In this document: in pieces, positions 1-18,341 of the stretch
Layout of the letters: the number at the start of each line of letters is the position of its first letter
How positions within the stretch are numbered: position 1 is the stretch's first letter
From: Octopus vulgaris
Taxonomy: Eukaryota
Direction of reading: 5' to 3'
DNA: 64,000 nucleotides
Assembly (NCBI GenBank): GCA_951406725.2
Contig: OX597825.1
Location: forward strand, 6,076,001 to 6,140,000
Translations under genes and position numbers: made by a program
The notes under the pieces: model-generated
Database searches by the model: none
What the model was told of the DNA's origin: nothing
Seen by the model: only the letters and a program-made list of their open reading frames with translations

Positions 1-41
1 CGTATAGCTGCTCAGTGCCTCTCCGAAAGAGAGAGAGAGAG

Positions 42-129
<88 letters not shown>

Positions 130-1824
130 GTTTGGCTCAACCAGCGTGAGTTTCTCTACATTTCCATGACTTAGCAGTTTGGCAAAAAAGAAACTGATAG
201 AATATGTATCAGATTTGAAACAAGAACTGGAGCAGTGGCACCATGATCGAAATCCAAAGACTGAAACGAACAGAAGCATAAAAGAATATGAGACTCTGTC
301 GGGAAAAGTTAGTTCCATCCACAATCTTGCTTGGATTCACCTGTTCTCGGTGTTTAGACGTGGCGACGCTATTAAGAAATTAACTTCTTGACCAGATGGT
401 CTCAGGTTCGGTTCTACTAAGGAGGTGAGCTGGCAGAATTGTTAGCACGCCGGACGAAATGCTCAGCTGTATTTCGTCTGCCGTTGCGTTCTGAGTTCAA
501 ATTTTGCCGAGGTCGACTTTGCCTTTCATCCTTTCGGGGTCGATAAATTAAGTACCAGTTACGCACTGGGGTCGATTTTAGCCCCTTGTGGGCAGTAAAG
601 AAATAGGTTCAGTTCTACTGCACAGTATTTTAAGCAAGTGTCTCCAACAGTATTCCTGCATTAACCTAGAGTAATTTAAGTCAATCTGGAAGACAGAAAC
701 TGTATGAAGCCTATTGTGTGTGTGTGTGTTCAATCATCGTTGTCGTTGTCATTATCATCATAACCATTTAATGTTTGTCTTCTATGCTAGATGGGTTGAA
801 ACAGTTTGACAGCATCCCACTCCAATGCCTGCTTTGGTATGATTTCTGTGGCTGGATATTCGGGACTAATGCAGTTTCGCACCTCTCCTCGAAAAATGCA
901 TTTTTTTCGAAAAGATATTTTTCAGATTCCTGTTTTACATGTCGGAGATTACAAATATACAAAAAAAAAATTTTTTTCGTGTGGATTTAATTTCGATTTA
1001 ATTACGATTTGCATATGTTAGTCAGTTCACTATGATCTCTTTAAAGTAAACAAAATCAAAATTTTTAGGTGGGGGTAAAATTTTGAAAATTTCTTTTTTT
1101 GCATATTCGCTTGTAATCTACAATATCTAAAACGTAAGAATCAGAAAATTTTTTTTTTTTTAAAGTGCATTTTTCAAGGAGAGGTGGGTTGTCAACTAAA
1201 GGTGACGCTCTTATAGAAGACTGTGTTGCTGTTGTTTTTAGCCCCAGGAAGACATTCAGGTCTATCTCTTTATACACCTATCTATATATTGAATTTAAAA
1301 TTTAGAAAACTTGGATTCTTGCATATCTGGAATCTCCATCATCTAAAACACAGCGGAAAAAATATTTCGAAAAAGTTCTAAATTTCAGGGTGGGGGTTGG
1401 AGGGGAGTTGAATTTTTTTTTTTTTTTTCATATTCATAATCTCTAACATCTAACGTAGGAATCTGCAAACAAAAATTTTCAAAAAAATGCATTTTTCAAA
1501 GAGGTGCAAAGCTGCATTAGCCCCGGATATTCTTTCCGACTTTACAGAAGGTAATGGATACTTGTTTTTTATTTTTTTTTTTTCATAGTACCATCACTGG
1601 TGAAGTTTCCAAGTAACTTGGAAGACAAGGAAAAAGTCCCTTTAATTGAGTAGAACTGTGGTAAAGAAAGAGTTCACTTTATGCTACATGTCGAGAGGGA
1701 CAGCCACATGGACATCCAGTTGTAAAAAGCATGCCAAAACATACATGAAAATATATCTGGAAATGAGGAAAAATTATCTCTATTGGAAACAGGTGAGTGA
1801 GTGTAAATGACAGGAAAGGTATCT

Positions 1825-2160
1825 CATCATCATCATCATCGTTTAACGTCCATTTTCCATGGTAACACGGGTTGGACGGTTCGACCGGGGTCGGGAAGCT
1901 GGGAGGCTGCACCCACCAGGCTCCAGTCTGATCTGGCAGTGTTTCTACAGCTGGATGCCCTTCCTAACGCCAACCACTCCGTGAGTGTAGTGGGTGCTTT
2001 TTACGTGCCAGGGGAGGCTGGCAGTGGCCATGATCGGTTGGTGCTTTTTACATGCCACCGGCACGGAGGCGAGTTGAGGCGGCACTGGCAGCGACCACAT
2101 TTGGATGGTTCTTTTACATGCCACCAGCACTGGTATCACAACTGCAATTTCCATTGATTT
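1825..2160 (-). mobile_element. Representative of an abundant SINE-like repeat with a (GAT)n/(CAT)n tail
   Basis: The core CTACAGCTGGATGCCCTTCCTAACGCCAACCACTCC recurs many times (e.g. ~6140, 7000, 12800, 17850, 21750, 34200, 41980, 51800, 53160, 61960, 63290). It explains the many near-identical LQLDALPNANHS pseudo-ORFs. Confidence 0.85.
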
Positions 2161-2425
2161 TTGATCTGCTTCAACAAATTCTGTGTCACCCATCCAAGCA
2201 TGGAAAAGTAAATGCCAAAATGATGATGATGATGATGAAGATGATGATGAAATAGAAGAAAATGTGAAAAGCAGAAAACATTTAGTTTGATGTTCAATGA
2301 AGCATTTATTAGAAGTCTCAATGGATAATTTTAATATGGAATAATTTCCTTGCATATAATATCAATTTTAGTCATGGTTTTTTTCTACATGTCCAGAAGA
2401 ATCTCAGAAACTTAGTTATCTAATG

Positions 2426-9162
<6,737 letters not shown>

Positions 9163-9338
9163 TGCTGGTCTTTGAATTCCTTCAACTGAGAAAAGACAAT
9201 ATTTTCAAAGTGAAACCAAATACACCCGGAAATATTTCCAAGAAAATAGTTGGTAAGTGGAGGTAACTCGAGATTTAAGATTGCGTTAGCCACCAGGTGG
9301 CATCGTTTAGGTTGAAGAAAACATCTCGGACCAAAGGC

Positions 9339-9850
9339 AGGAGGAGTTGGCAGAATCGTTAGCGCACCGGGCGAAATGCTTAGCGCTATTTCGTCTACCA
9401 CTACGTCCTGAGTTCAAATTCCGCCGAGTTCAACTTTGCCTTTCATCCTTTCAGGGTCGATTAAATAAGTACAAGTTACGCACTGGGGTCGATGTAATCG
9501 ACTGAATCCGTTTGTCTGTCCGTGTTTGTCCGCTCTGTGTTTAGCCCCTTGTGGGTAGTAAAGAAATAAGTATTTCGTCTGCCGTTACGTTCTGAGTTCA
9601 AATTCCGCCGAGGTCGACTTTGCCTTTCATCCTTTCGGGGTCGATAAATTAAGTACCATTTACGCACTGGGTCGATGTAATCGACTGAATCCGTTTGTCT
9701 GTCCTTGTTTGTCCCCTCTATGTTTAGCCCCTTGTGGGTAGTAAAAGAAATAGGTATTTCGTCTGCCGTTACGTTCTGAGTTCAAATTCCGCCGAGGTCG
9801 ACTTTGCCTTTCATCCTTTCGGGGTCGATTAAATAAATACCAGTTACGCA
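9339..9850 (+). mobile_element. SINE cluster with the core GAGTTCAAATTCCGCCGAGGTCGACTTTGCCTTTCATCCTTTCGGGGTCGAT (tandem partial copies)
   Basis: The same core recurs at ~420-605, 13070-13555(-), 15410-15595, 27205-27750, 43520-43750(-) and 53410-53905. Confidence 0.8.
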
Positions 9851-9856
9851 TGTATG

Positions 9857-9890
<34 letters not shown>

Positions 9891-10244
9891 GAGGCGCAAT
9901 GGCCCAGTGGTTAGGGCAGCAGGATCGCGGTTTCGATTCCCAGACGGGGCATTGTGAGTGTTTATTGAGCGAAAATACCTAAAGCCCCACGAGGTTCCGG
10001 CAGGGGGTGGTGGCGATCCCTGCTGTACTCTTTCGCCACAACTTTCTCTCACTCTTTCTTCTGTTGGCCTGCTCGCTTAGCCAGCAGGGTGGCGTCATTT
10101 GAAGGCTAAAACAATGCGAAGCGCATTGTGACCAGCGATGTGTAGCAACATCTGATAGCCTGGTCGGTCACGGTGATATATATATATACACACACACATA
10201 TATATATATATATACACATACACACATATACATATAATAGGTAG

Positions 10245-11080
10245 TCCATCAGTGCCTGATGATGACAAAGTCTGTGTTGTCAGCAATGAGAGTGCACATG
10301 ACCCTGCAGTACAAATCTGGAAGCACACTGGCGCCCACGGATGTCACAACAATAGTCTGTTGACTTGATTGAGGCAGATACTGCCCTGTGATGTCGTTTT
10401 CTTGCAGCATCAAGATTCTGTTACCGATCCTCTTCAAAGGCTGCTGTTGCTGTTGCAGTTGAGCGAACGGTCTTCGTCCCAGAGCTTGCAAGATGGGAGA
10501 AGTCCGAAACGTGGTCCATTTGCTATTCGTAAGACCCGCAGAAGAGAAAGCAAGTCAACCCCCGACACCGAGAGCATCGACGGATGGATGAATGCACATC
10601 CAGGTTCAGCGGTTGCGTAGGAAGTCGGGGACAAGAAACAGGGAGAAAGTTGTGGCGAAAGAGTACAACAGGGGTCACCACCACCCCCTTCCAGAGCCTC
10701 GTGGAGCTTTACGTATTTTCGCTCAATAAACACACAACGCCTAGTCTGGGAATCAAAACCGCAAGTCCACTGCCCTAACCACTGGGCCATTGTGCCTCCA
10801 CGGCAGCTGATGCTCATGCGATGAGAGACCTCCACACTGATCTGTCGACAGCAGAGGCTTCAAGCTCATCTGCTCAAAATGCTTCTCCATTTGAGGTTAC
10901 TTTTCAAAGTGTCTTTGTACCTCGGTTTAGGTTTTCCTCATTTTGCATGAGCCCTGCATGAGCTCAACACACAACCGCTGCCTGGGTGACACGGTTGTCA
11001 GTCATTCTGATGACATGGCCAGTCCAGCGTCGCTGAGCCTTCAGCAACATTGACTCAGTACTTCTTGATTCGTCACACTG
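10245..11080 (-). mobile_element. RTE-type LINE 3' fragment interrupted by a SINE (paralog at ~28188-29060)
   Basis: ESMLLKAQRRWTGHVIRMTDNR is typical of the RTE C-terminus. A frameshifted terminal Cys/His motif lies near 10290-10345. Confidence 0.7.
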
Positions 11081-14000
11081 TCCTGCCAGCAAATGCCCAT
11101 CACCCCGTGCAGTGTCCTTGTCTGAGATTGTTCCAGCTATTTGATGTGTCAACAGTATGGGGTCCATACTAGCGCCTAGCCCCACCCACAAGATACTAAC
11201 CCTCCCTGAATGCTCCAAGGGGATATAAAAAGGAACGAACAAAAAGGCATTGGAGGGGCGATGCATACCCGACGCTCACACAAGGACAAAATAAAATATA
11301 ATTTCATTTAATATATTCTCAGACGAATTCACTTTTCAACAAAATTACATCAAGAGTTATTTCCCCTGCTTATCATTTATGTTTATGTGACAAAGGTCGG
11401 GAAAAAATTTTGATTCACTTGTCCGCCAATTTTGAAAATATTCAAACCAAAACAATGAATTCGAGCCACTCACCCAATGAGCATTTCTGCTAAATTTGAC
11501 GAAAATCCATTCTGTCGTTTTTCAGTAATTTTGCGAAAAGACAGACAGACAGACAAAGACGAGCGACTGCAATATCCTGCTTTCGCTTACGTGCAGTATC
11601 GCCCGGCGTTGCTCGGGTTTGTAAGGGAAATAACTATACAGCATTTTTAGAGAGTTATAGCCAAAAAATAGCAAAAAAATTTATTAAAAATGGAAAAAAA
11701 ATTATGGTAATTTTTTTTTTAAATCGTTGACTCATCGTAGACATTTTTAAAGAGTTACTTCCCTTATATAATAGCGAAAAAATGGATTAAAACGGGAAAA
11801 AATGATGGTAATTTTTTTTTTAAATCGTAGACTCATCGTAGCCGCGCGCTAATATCCAGAAGGGCTCGATATGAATCACGACTATAAGATACCCGGATTT
11901 GGTTAAACTGCACCGCAAAATGTGGGAGTAGTTAGGAATCTAAATCGTAGGAGACAGACACACAACCTCTCTTTTATATAAAGAGATATATATTTTTTTT
12001 ACTTGTTTCAGTCATTTGACTGCGGCCATGCTGGAGCACCGCCTTTAGTCGAGCAAATCGACCTCGGGACTTATTCTTTGTAAGCCCAGTACTTATTCTA
12101 TTGGGGTGGATAAATTAAGTACCAGTTGCGCACTGGGGTCGATGTAATCGACTTAATCCCTTTGTCTGTCCTTGTTTGTCCTCTCTGTGTTTAGCCCCCT
12201 TGTGGGTAGTAAAGAAATATATATATTTTGTGCTTACTAACACAGCAAGTGCATATGAGAGACTATCTCCGGATGAACACAACAGTAAATTTGCCCTTTC
12301 ACTATGTATCTACACAAAAAATATGGTAAACAGGTGTTTCTATTTAAAGTTAATTCTGCTTTTTTTGCTGATCACGAATTAATAATGGCAATGTTTCGCT
12401 CGCTGCTCTTTATTAACGAAACTGCAGATTGGCCGTTGCATCCATATAATTCTTCTTCCTTCGTGTTGTGTTTGAAACAATTTCGAAATCAAAAATGGAA
12501 ATTATAAGTATAGCCGATGCCAGTGCCGCCTGACTGGCTCCCGTGCTGGTGACACGCAATAAACACCATTCATGCGTGGGTCGTTGTCAGTGCCGCGAGA
12601 CTGGCTCCCCGTGCCGCTGTCACGTAAAACGCACCATCCGAACGTCGTCGATGCCAGTACCCCACTCCGACTTGCTCCTGTGCCAGTGACACGTCAAAAG
12701 TACCATCCGAACGTGACCGATGCTAGTGCCGCCTGACTAGCTCCTGTGTCGGTGGCACGTAAAAAGCACCCACTACAATATCGGAATGGTTGGTGTTAGG
12801 AAGGGCATCCAGCTGTAGAAACATTGCCAGATCAGATTGGAGCCTTGTGCGGCCTCCTGGTTTTCCAGTCCTCAGTCAAACCATCCAACCCATACCAGCA
12901 TGGAAAACGGACGTTAAATGATGATGATGATGTGGTGAGATGCTTGATTCTGAGTTCAGTTTCACTTTGCGTGGCACCTTGAGCAAGTATCTTCTACTAC
13001 AGGCTCAGGCCGACCAAAGTGGGATTTGGTAGACGTAAACTAAAAGAAGCCCGTCACGTGCACACAAAGGGGAGAAACAAGGACAGACAAACGGATTAAG
13101 TCGATTATATCGACCCCAGTGCGTAACTGGTACTTATTTAATCCACTCCGAAGGATGAAAGGCAAAGTCGACCTCGGCGGAATTTGAACTCAGAACGTAA
13201 CGGCAGACGATATACGGCTACGCATTTCGCCTGGCGTGCTAACGGTTCTGCCAACGCGCCGCCTTCTGTCCATTATTATTATTAAAAGTTTGAAGTTGAT
13301 GCCGAGATGGCGGAGTTATTTATAAATACCTATTTCTTTACTACCCACAAGTGGCTAAACACAGAGAGGACAAACAAGGACAGACAAACGGATTAAGTCG
13401 ATTACATCGACCCCAGTGCGTAACTGGTACTTATTTAATCGACCCCGAAAGGATGAAAGGCAAAGTCGACCTCGGCGGAATTTGAACTCAGAACGTAAAG
13501 ACAGACGAAATACCGCTAAGAATTTCGCCCGGCGTGCTAACCTTTCTGCCAGCTCGTCTTAGAAGTAAATATAACACAATAGATGCATGTGGAAATCGTG
13601 CCTTTTGGATAACAATAACTTTGCAGTATTTGTTCTGATTCTTAACGTTCTAAGTTCAAATCCCGCCGAGATCGAATTTATATTTAGTTCCTTCCTGATT
13701 TATAAAATATGGGACCAGACAAATACTGAGATCGATTAATATCACCTGCCCTCTCCTCAAAACAGTCGCGTATGTGTCTATATCAGAAACCATTATTACA
13801 AGTTGGAAGACGAGCTGGTACGTGCCTTGCAGTGGCACCTTGCTGGAATATCTTCTGGCTCTCTGTCTTCTAAGTCCAAATTCCGCTGAATCGACTTTAC
13901 CGTTCGTCCTTTCCTGGTCGATAAAATAAAGTACATTTGAGCATTGAGATGCCACGACTAGAAAGAATAAGCGAAAATCGAAAAAGGATTTTGTAAGGGA

Positions 14001-14510
14001 CATAACTAATTGCATATTAATATTGAATTATTTCCCTTAGATATTTATCAGCAGAAGCTTGTTGCGTGACGTGATGTTAGTACATCTGTCTCGGCTTCAT
14101 ACGTTGTTCTTTTGCTTTTCTTTTACCTGCTTCAGTAATTTGACTGCGGCCATGCTGGAGCACCGCCTTTTAGTCGAAGGAATCGACCCCACGACTTATT
14201 CTTTGTAAGCCTGGTACTTATTCTATCGGTCTCTTTTGCCCAACAGCTAAGCCACGGGAATGTAAACACACCAACGTCGGTTGTCACGCGATGGTGGGAG
14301 ACAAACACAGACACACAAATATGTACATATATATATATATAATCGCCGTGATAGATCGGTGGCCACTACACATTTTTTTCTGAGTCCCTTTCTGTAGAAG
14401 AGCATAAGCTCGAAACGTAAAAGACTTTTTCTATTCCTGAGCGTTAAACTAATACATCTGTTTGTTTTGTACACCACCAGTCTTCGTCTTTTGTTTTTTT
14501 CGTAAACTCT

Positions 14511-14549
<39 letters not shown>

Positions 14550-16423
14550 CACGAAGGGCTTCTTTCAGTTTTCGTCTACCAAATCCACTCACAGCTATAG
14601 TAGAAGACACCTGCCCGAGGTGCCACGCAGTGGGACTGACTCCGGAACCGTGTGGTTTGGAAGCAAGCTTCTCACCACACAGCCTCCACAAAAACATATC
14701 AGGCCGTCGGGAAATACTACCTTGCTTGAAAATAAATGAAGGTTGATGACAGGAACAACATGTGACTTAGAAAATCTTCCTCAATAAATTCCGTCTGATC
14801 CATGCAAGCAAGTAAAAAAGAAGACATTAAAATGATGATGATGATGATGACGGCAGCATAAAATGGTAGATGTATATATATGCAGGCATGGCTGTGTGGT
14901 TAAGGAGCTTGCTTCCTAGCTACATGGTTTCGGGTTCAGTCCCACTGCGTGGCACTTTGGGTAGGTGTCTTCCACTATAGCCCCGAGATGACCGGAGCTT
15001 TGTGATTGAATTCGGTAGGTGGAAGTTACTGCCGTGTGTGTATGTGTGCGTATAGCTGCTCAGTGCCTCTCCGAAAGAGAGAGAGAGAGGGATATATATA
15101 TATATATATATATATGTTTGACTCAACCAGCGTGAGTTTCTCTACATTTCCATGACTTAGCAGTTTGGCAAAAAAGAAACAGATAGAATATGTATCAGAT
15201 TTGAAACAAGAAACTGGAGCAGTGGCACCATGATCAAAATCCAAAGACTGAAACGTACAGAAGCATAAAAGAATATGAGACTTTGTCGGGGAAAAGTTAG
15301 TTCCATCAACAATCTTGCTTGGATTCACCTGTTCTCAGTGTTTAGACGTGGCGACGCTATTAAGAAATTAACTTCTCAACCAGATGGTCTCAGGTTCGGT
15401 TCTACTAAGGAGGTGAGCTGGCAGAATTGTTAGCACGCCGGACGAAATGCTTAGCCGTATTTCGTCTGCCGTTACGTTCTGAGTTCAAATTTTGCCGAGG
15501 TCGACTTTGCCTTTCATCCTTTCGGGGTCGATAAATTAAGTACCAGTTACGCACTGGGGTCGATTTTAGCCCCTTGTGGGCAGTAAAGAAATAGGTTCAG
15601 TTCTACTGCACAGTATTTTAAGCAAGTGTATCCAACAGTATTCCTGCATTAACGTAGAGTAATTTAAGTCAATCTGGAAGACAGAAACTGTATGAAGCCT
15701 ATTGTATGTGTGTGTTGAATCATCGTTGTCGTTGTCATTATCATCATAACCATTTAATGTTTGTCTTCTATGCTAGATGGGTTGAAACAGTTTGACAGGA
15801 TCCAAAGAAGAGCTGGAGGACAGCATCCCACTCCAATGCCTGCTTTGGTATGATTTCTGTGGCTGGATATTCGGGACTAATGCAGTTTCGCACCTCTCCT
15901 CGAAAAATGCATTTTTTTCGAAAAGATATTTTTCAGATTCCTGTTTTACATGTCGGAGATTACAAACATGCAAAAAACCCCAAAAATGTTTTTGTCTGGA
16001 TTTAATTTCGATTTGCATATGTTAGTCAGTTCACTATGATCTCTTTAAAGTAAACAAAATTAAAATTTTTAGGGGGGGGGGTAAAATTTTGAAAATTTCT
16101 TTTTTTGCATATTCGTTTGTAATCTACAATATCTAAAACGTAAGAGTCAGAAAAATTTTTCAAGGAGAGGTGGGTTGTCATCTAAAGGCGACGCTCCTAT
16201 AGAAGACTGTGTTGCTGTTGTTTTTAGCCCCAGGAAGACATTCATGTCTATCTCTTTATACACCTATCTATATGCATATTGAATTTAAAATTAAGAAAAC
16301 TTGGTTTCTTGCATATCTGGAATCTCCGTCATCTAAAACACAGCGGAAAAAAAATTTCAAAAGAGTTCTAAATTTCAGGGTGGGGGTTGGAGGGGAGTTG
16401 AATTTTTTTTAAGGCGGCAGGCG

Positions 16424-16461
16424 GCAGCTGGCGCCTGGTAATACTAAGAGGCGGCAGCTGC
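16424..16461 (-). promoter_or_regulatory. Rolling-circle replication origin stem-loop with nonamer TAGTATTAC
   Basis: Plus-strand arms GCAGCTGGCGCCT (16424-16436) and AGGCGGCAGCTGC (16449-16461) pair at 12 of 13 positions. The 12-nt loop reads CTTAGTATTACC on the minus strand (nonamer at 16446-16438). GGCGGCAG repeats start at 16413, 16420 and 16450. Confidence 0.9.
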
Positions 16462-16754
16462 TGCTGATTATTGCCTGCCGTGCCTTATAAAAGTGTTGAC
16501 TGCAACAGTATTCACTTAGTCTACTGACTACTACCGATATGTCACATACTGCTTAAACTTGACAAATACGAGAGTGTCGAATCCGAATAAAATTTTATTA
16601 ATCTAAAATACATTTGTTTGTTATTATTGCATGTCCTTTTTCATCCTGCACGTTTTATGTATACTAAAAACCCCAAAACATTCGCATCTTCGTCACGTCG
16701 CGCGACGTTTACTCAATCACTCATCCTTCTGCAGTGTTTTCTTTCAGGGTCTAG

Positions 16755-17320
16755 TCAATCTTTGTATTTACTTCCATTACGGCGACCGTAGCAGCGTATA
16801 ACAACAAAGTTGGTATAATCCATGACTGTATCTTTAGATGACTGAACAACCATTGATATACCGTTGTAAGAATGCATTGGAAATGCTTTGTCTGGCACAG
16901 TACCGAAAGGAGCTTCAGCCATATCCCATTTCTGTAATCCTGGCATAATCATGGTGGGATAAGGCATAGTATCATTCGGATCGTAACTTTTATCATCGGT
17001 GCGCCAAGTCCAACGCGGAGCGAAGGATAGTTTCAGTCTACGTCTACCTGACATGACTGCTACGCGTGTTGTTTGCACCATCTTTATATTATCTATATCC
17101 ATGTGTCTACCGGAGAGATCAGGATCGTAAGTATAAAATACTTTAGGTATGAATTTTCCTGGTTTCTGTTGCTGTGGTAGCTCGATGATAGTACCGAAAC
17201 GAACTATTGAGAAACTGTCAAACTGTGTACGTAGCAAATCACCTTGGTAAGCTGGTATAAGGGTGTTTAAATTAGCCCAAGTACATGACAGACTTTGTGA
17301 CTGATCTTCATTAGCAGTTA
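16755..17320 (-). CDS. Putative CRESS/circovirus-like jelly-roll capsid protein, 5'-truncated (~188 codons, no internal stops)
   Basis: The frame is open from the insertion junction: ITANEDQSQSLSCTWANLNTLIPAYQGDLLRTQFDSFSIVRFGTIIELP...PKVFYTYDPD...RLKLSFAPRW...YTNFVVIRCYGRR..*. The spacing FDxFxI / P / YDxD / KxxFxP / C-terminal beta-strand resembles circovirus-like capsids. Called by motif recognition plus the adjacent origin; no search was run. Confidence 0.65.
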
Positions 17321-18341
17321 TTTTTTTTTTTCATATTCATAATCTCTGACATCTAAAACGTAGGAATCTGTAAAAAAAAACTTTTCAAAAAAATGCATTT
17401 TTCAAAGAGAGGTGCAAAGCTGCATTAGCCCCGGATATTCTTTCTGACTTTACAGAAGGTTCAGGATACTTGTTTTTTATTTTTTTTTTTTCATAGTACC
17501 ATCACTGGTGAAGTTTCCAAGTAACTTGGAAGACAAGGAAAAAGTCCCTTTGATTGAGTTCAACTGTGGTAAAGAAAGAGTTCACTTTATGCTACATGTT
17601 GAGAGGGACAGCCACATGGACATCCAGTTGTAAAAACCATGCCAAAACATACATGAAAATATATCTGGAAATGAGGAAAAATTATCTCTATTGGAAACAG
17701 GTGAGTGAGTGTAAATGACAGGAAAGGTATCTCATCATCATCATCATCGTTTAACGTCCATTTTCCATGCTAACACGGGTTGGACGGTTCGACCGGTGTC
17801 GGGAAGCTGGGAGGCTGCACCCACCAGGCTCCAGTCTGATCTGGCAGTGTTTCTACAGTGGGATGCCCTTCCTAACGCCAACCACTCCGTGAGTGTAGTG
17901 GGTGCTTTTTACGTGCCAGGGGAGGCTGGCAGTGGCCATGATCGGTTGGTGCTTTTTACGTGCCACCAGCACGGAGGCCAGTCAAGGCGGAGCTTGCAGC
18001 GGCCACGTTCGGATGGATCTTTTATGTGCCACCAACACTGGTATCACAACTGCAATTTCCATTGATTTTTGATCTGCTTCAACAAATTCTGTGTCACCCA
18101 TCGAAGCATGGAAAAGTAAATGCCAAAATGATGATGATGATGATGAAGATGATGATGAAATAGAAGAAAATGTGAAAAGCAGAAAACATTTAGTTTGATG
18201 TTCAATGAAGCATTTATAAAAAGTCTCAATGGATAATTTTAATATGGAATAATTTCCTTGCATATAATATCAATTTTAGTCATAAACAAAATGATTTTTG
18301 CTTTTGTTTTTTGGTGTTTTTTCTACATGTCCAGAAGAATC

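Larger units (their letters stand above)
16411..17320 (-). mobile_element. Endogenous CRESS-DNA (circovirus/cyclovirus/nanovirus-like) viral element: origin plus partial capsid, no Rep
   Basis: Absent from the paralogous site in copy 1, which has an uninterrupted T16 at 1413-1428. Flanked by T8 (16403-16410) and T11 (17321-17331). Contains a TAGTATTAC stem-loop and a capsid-like ORF. Confidence 0.85.

Noticed and set aside
1807-2157. Recurrent LQLDALPNANHS ORFs suggesting a gene family
   Set aside because: Incidental frames in a high-copy SINE; the frames and stops differ between copies.
16411-16486. Parvovirus/densovirus terminal hairpin as an explanation of the GC-rich palindrome
   Set aside because: The loop carries the exact CRESS nonamer TAGTATTAC with iteron-like repeats, which fits a circular rolling-circle origin better.
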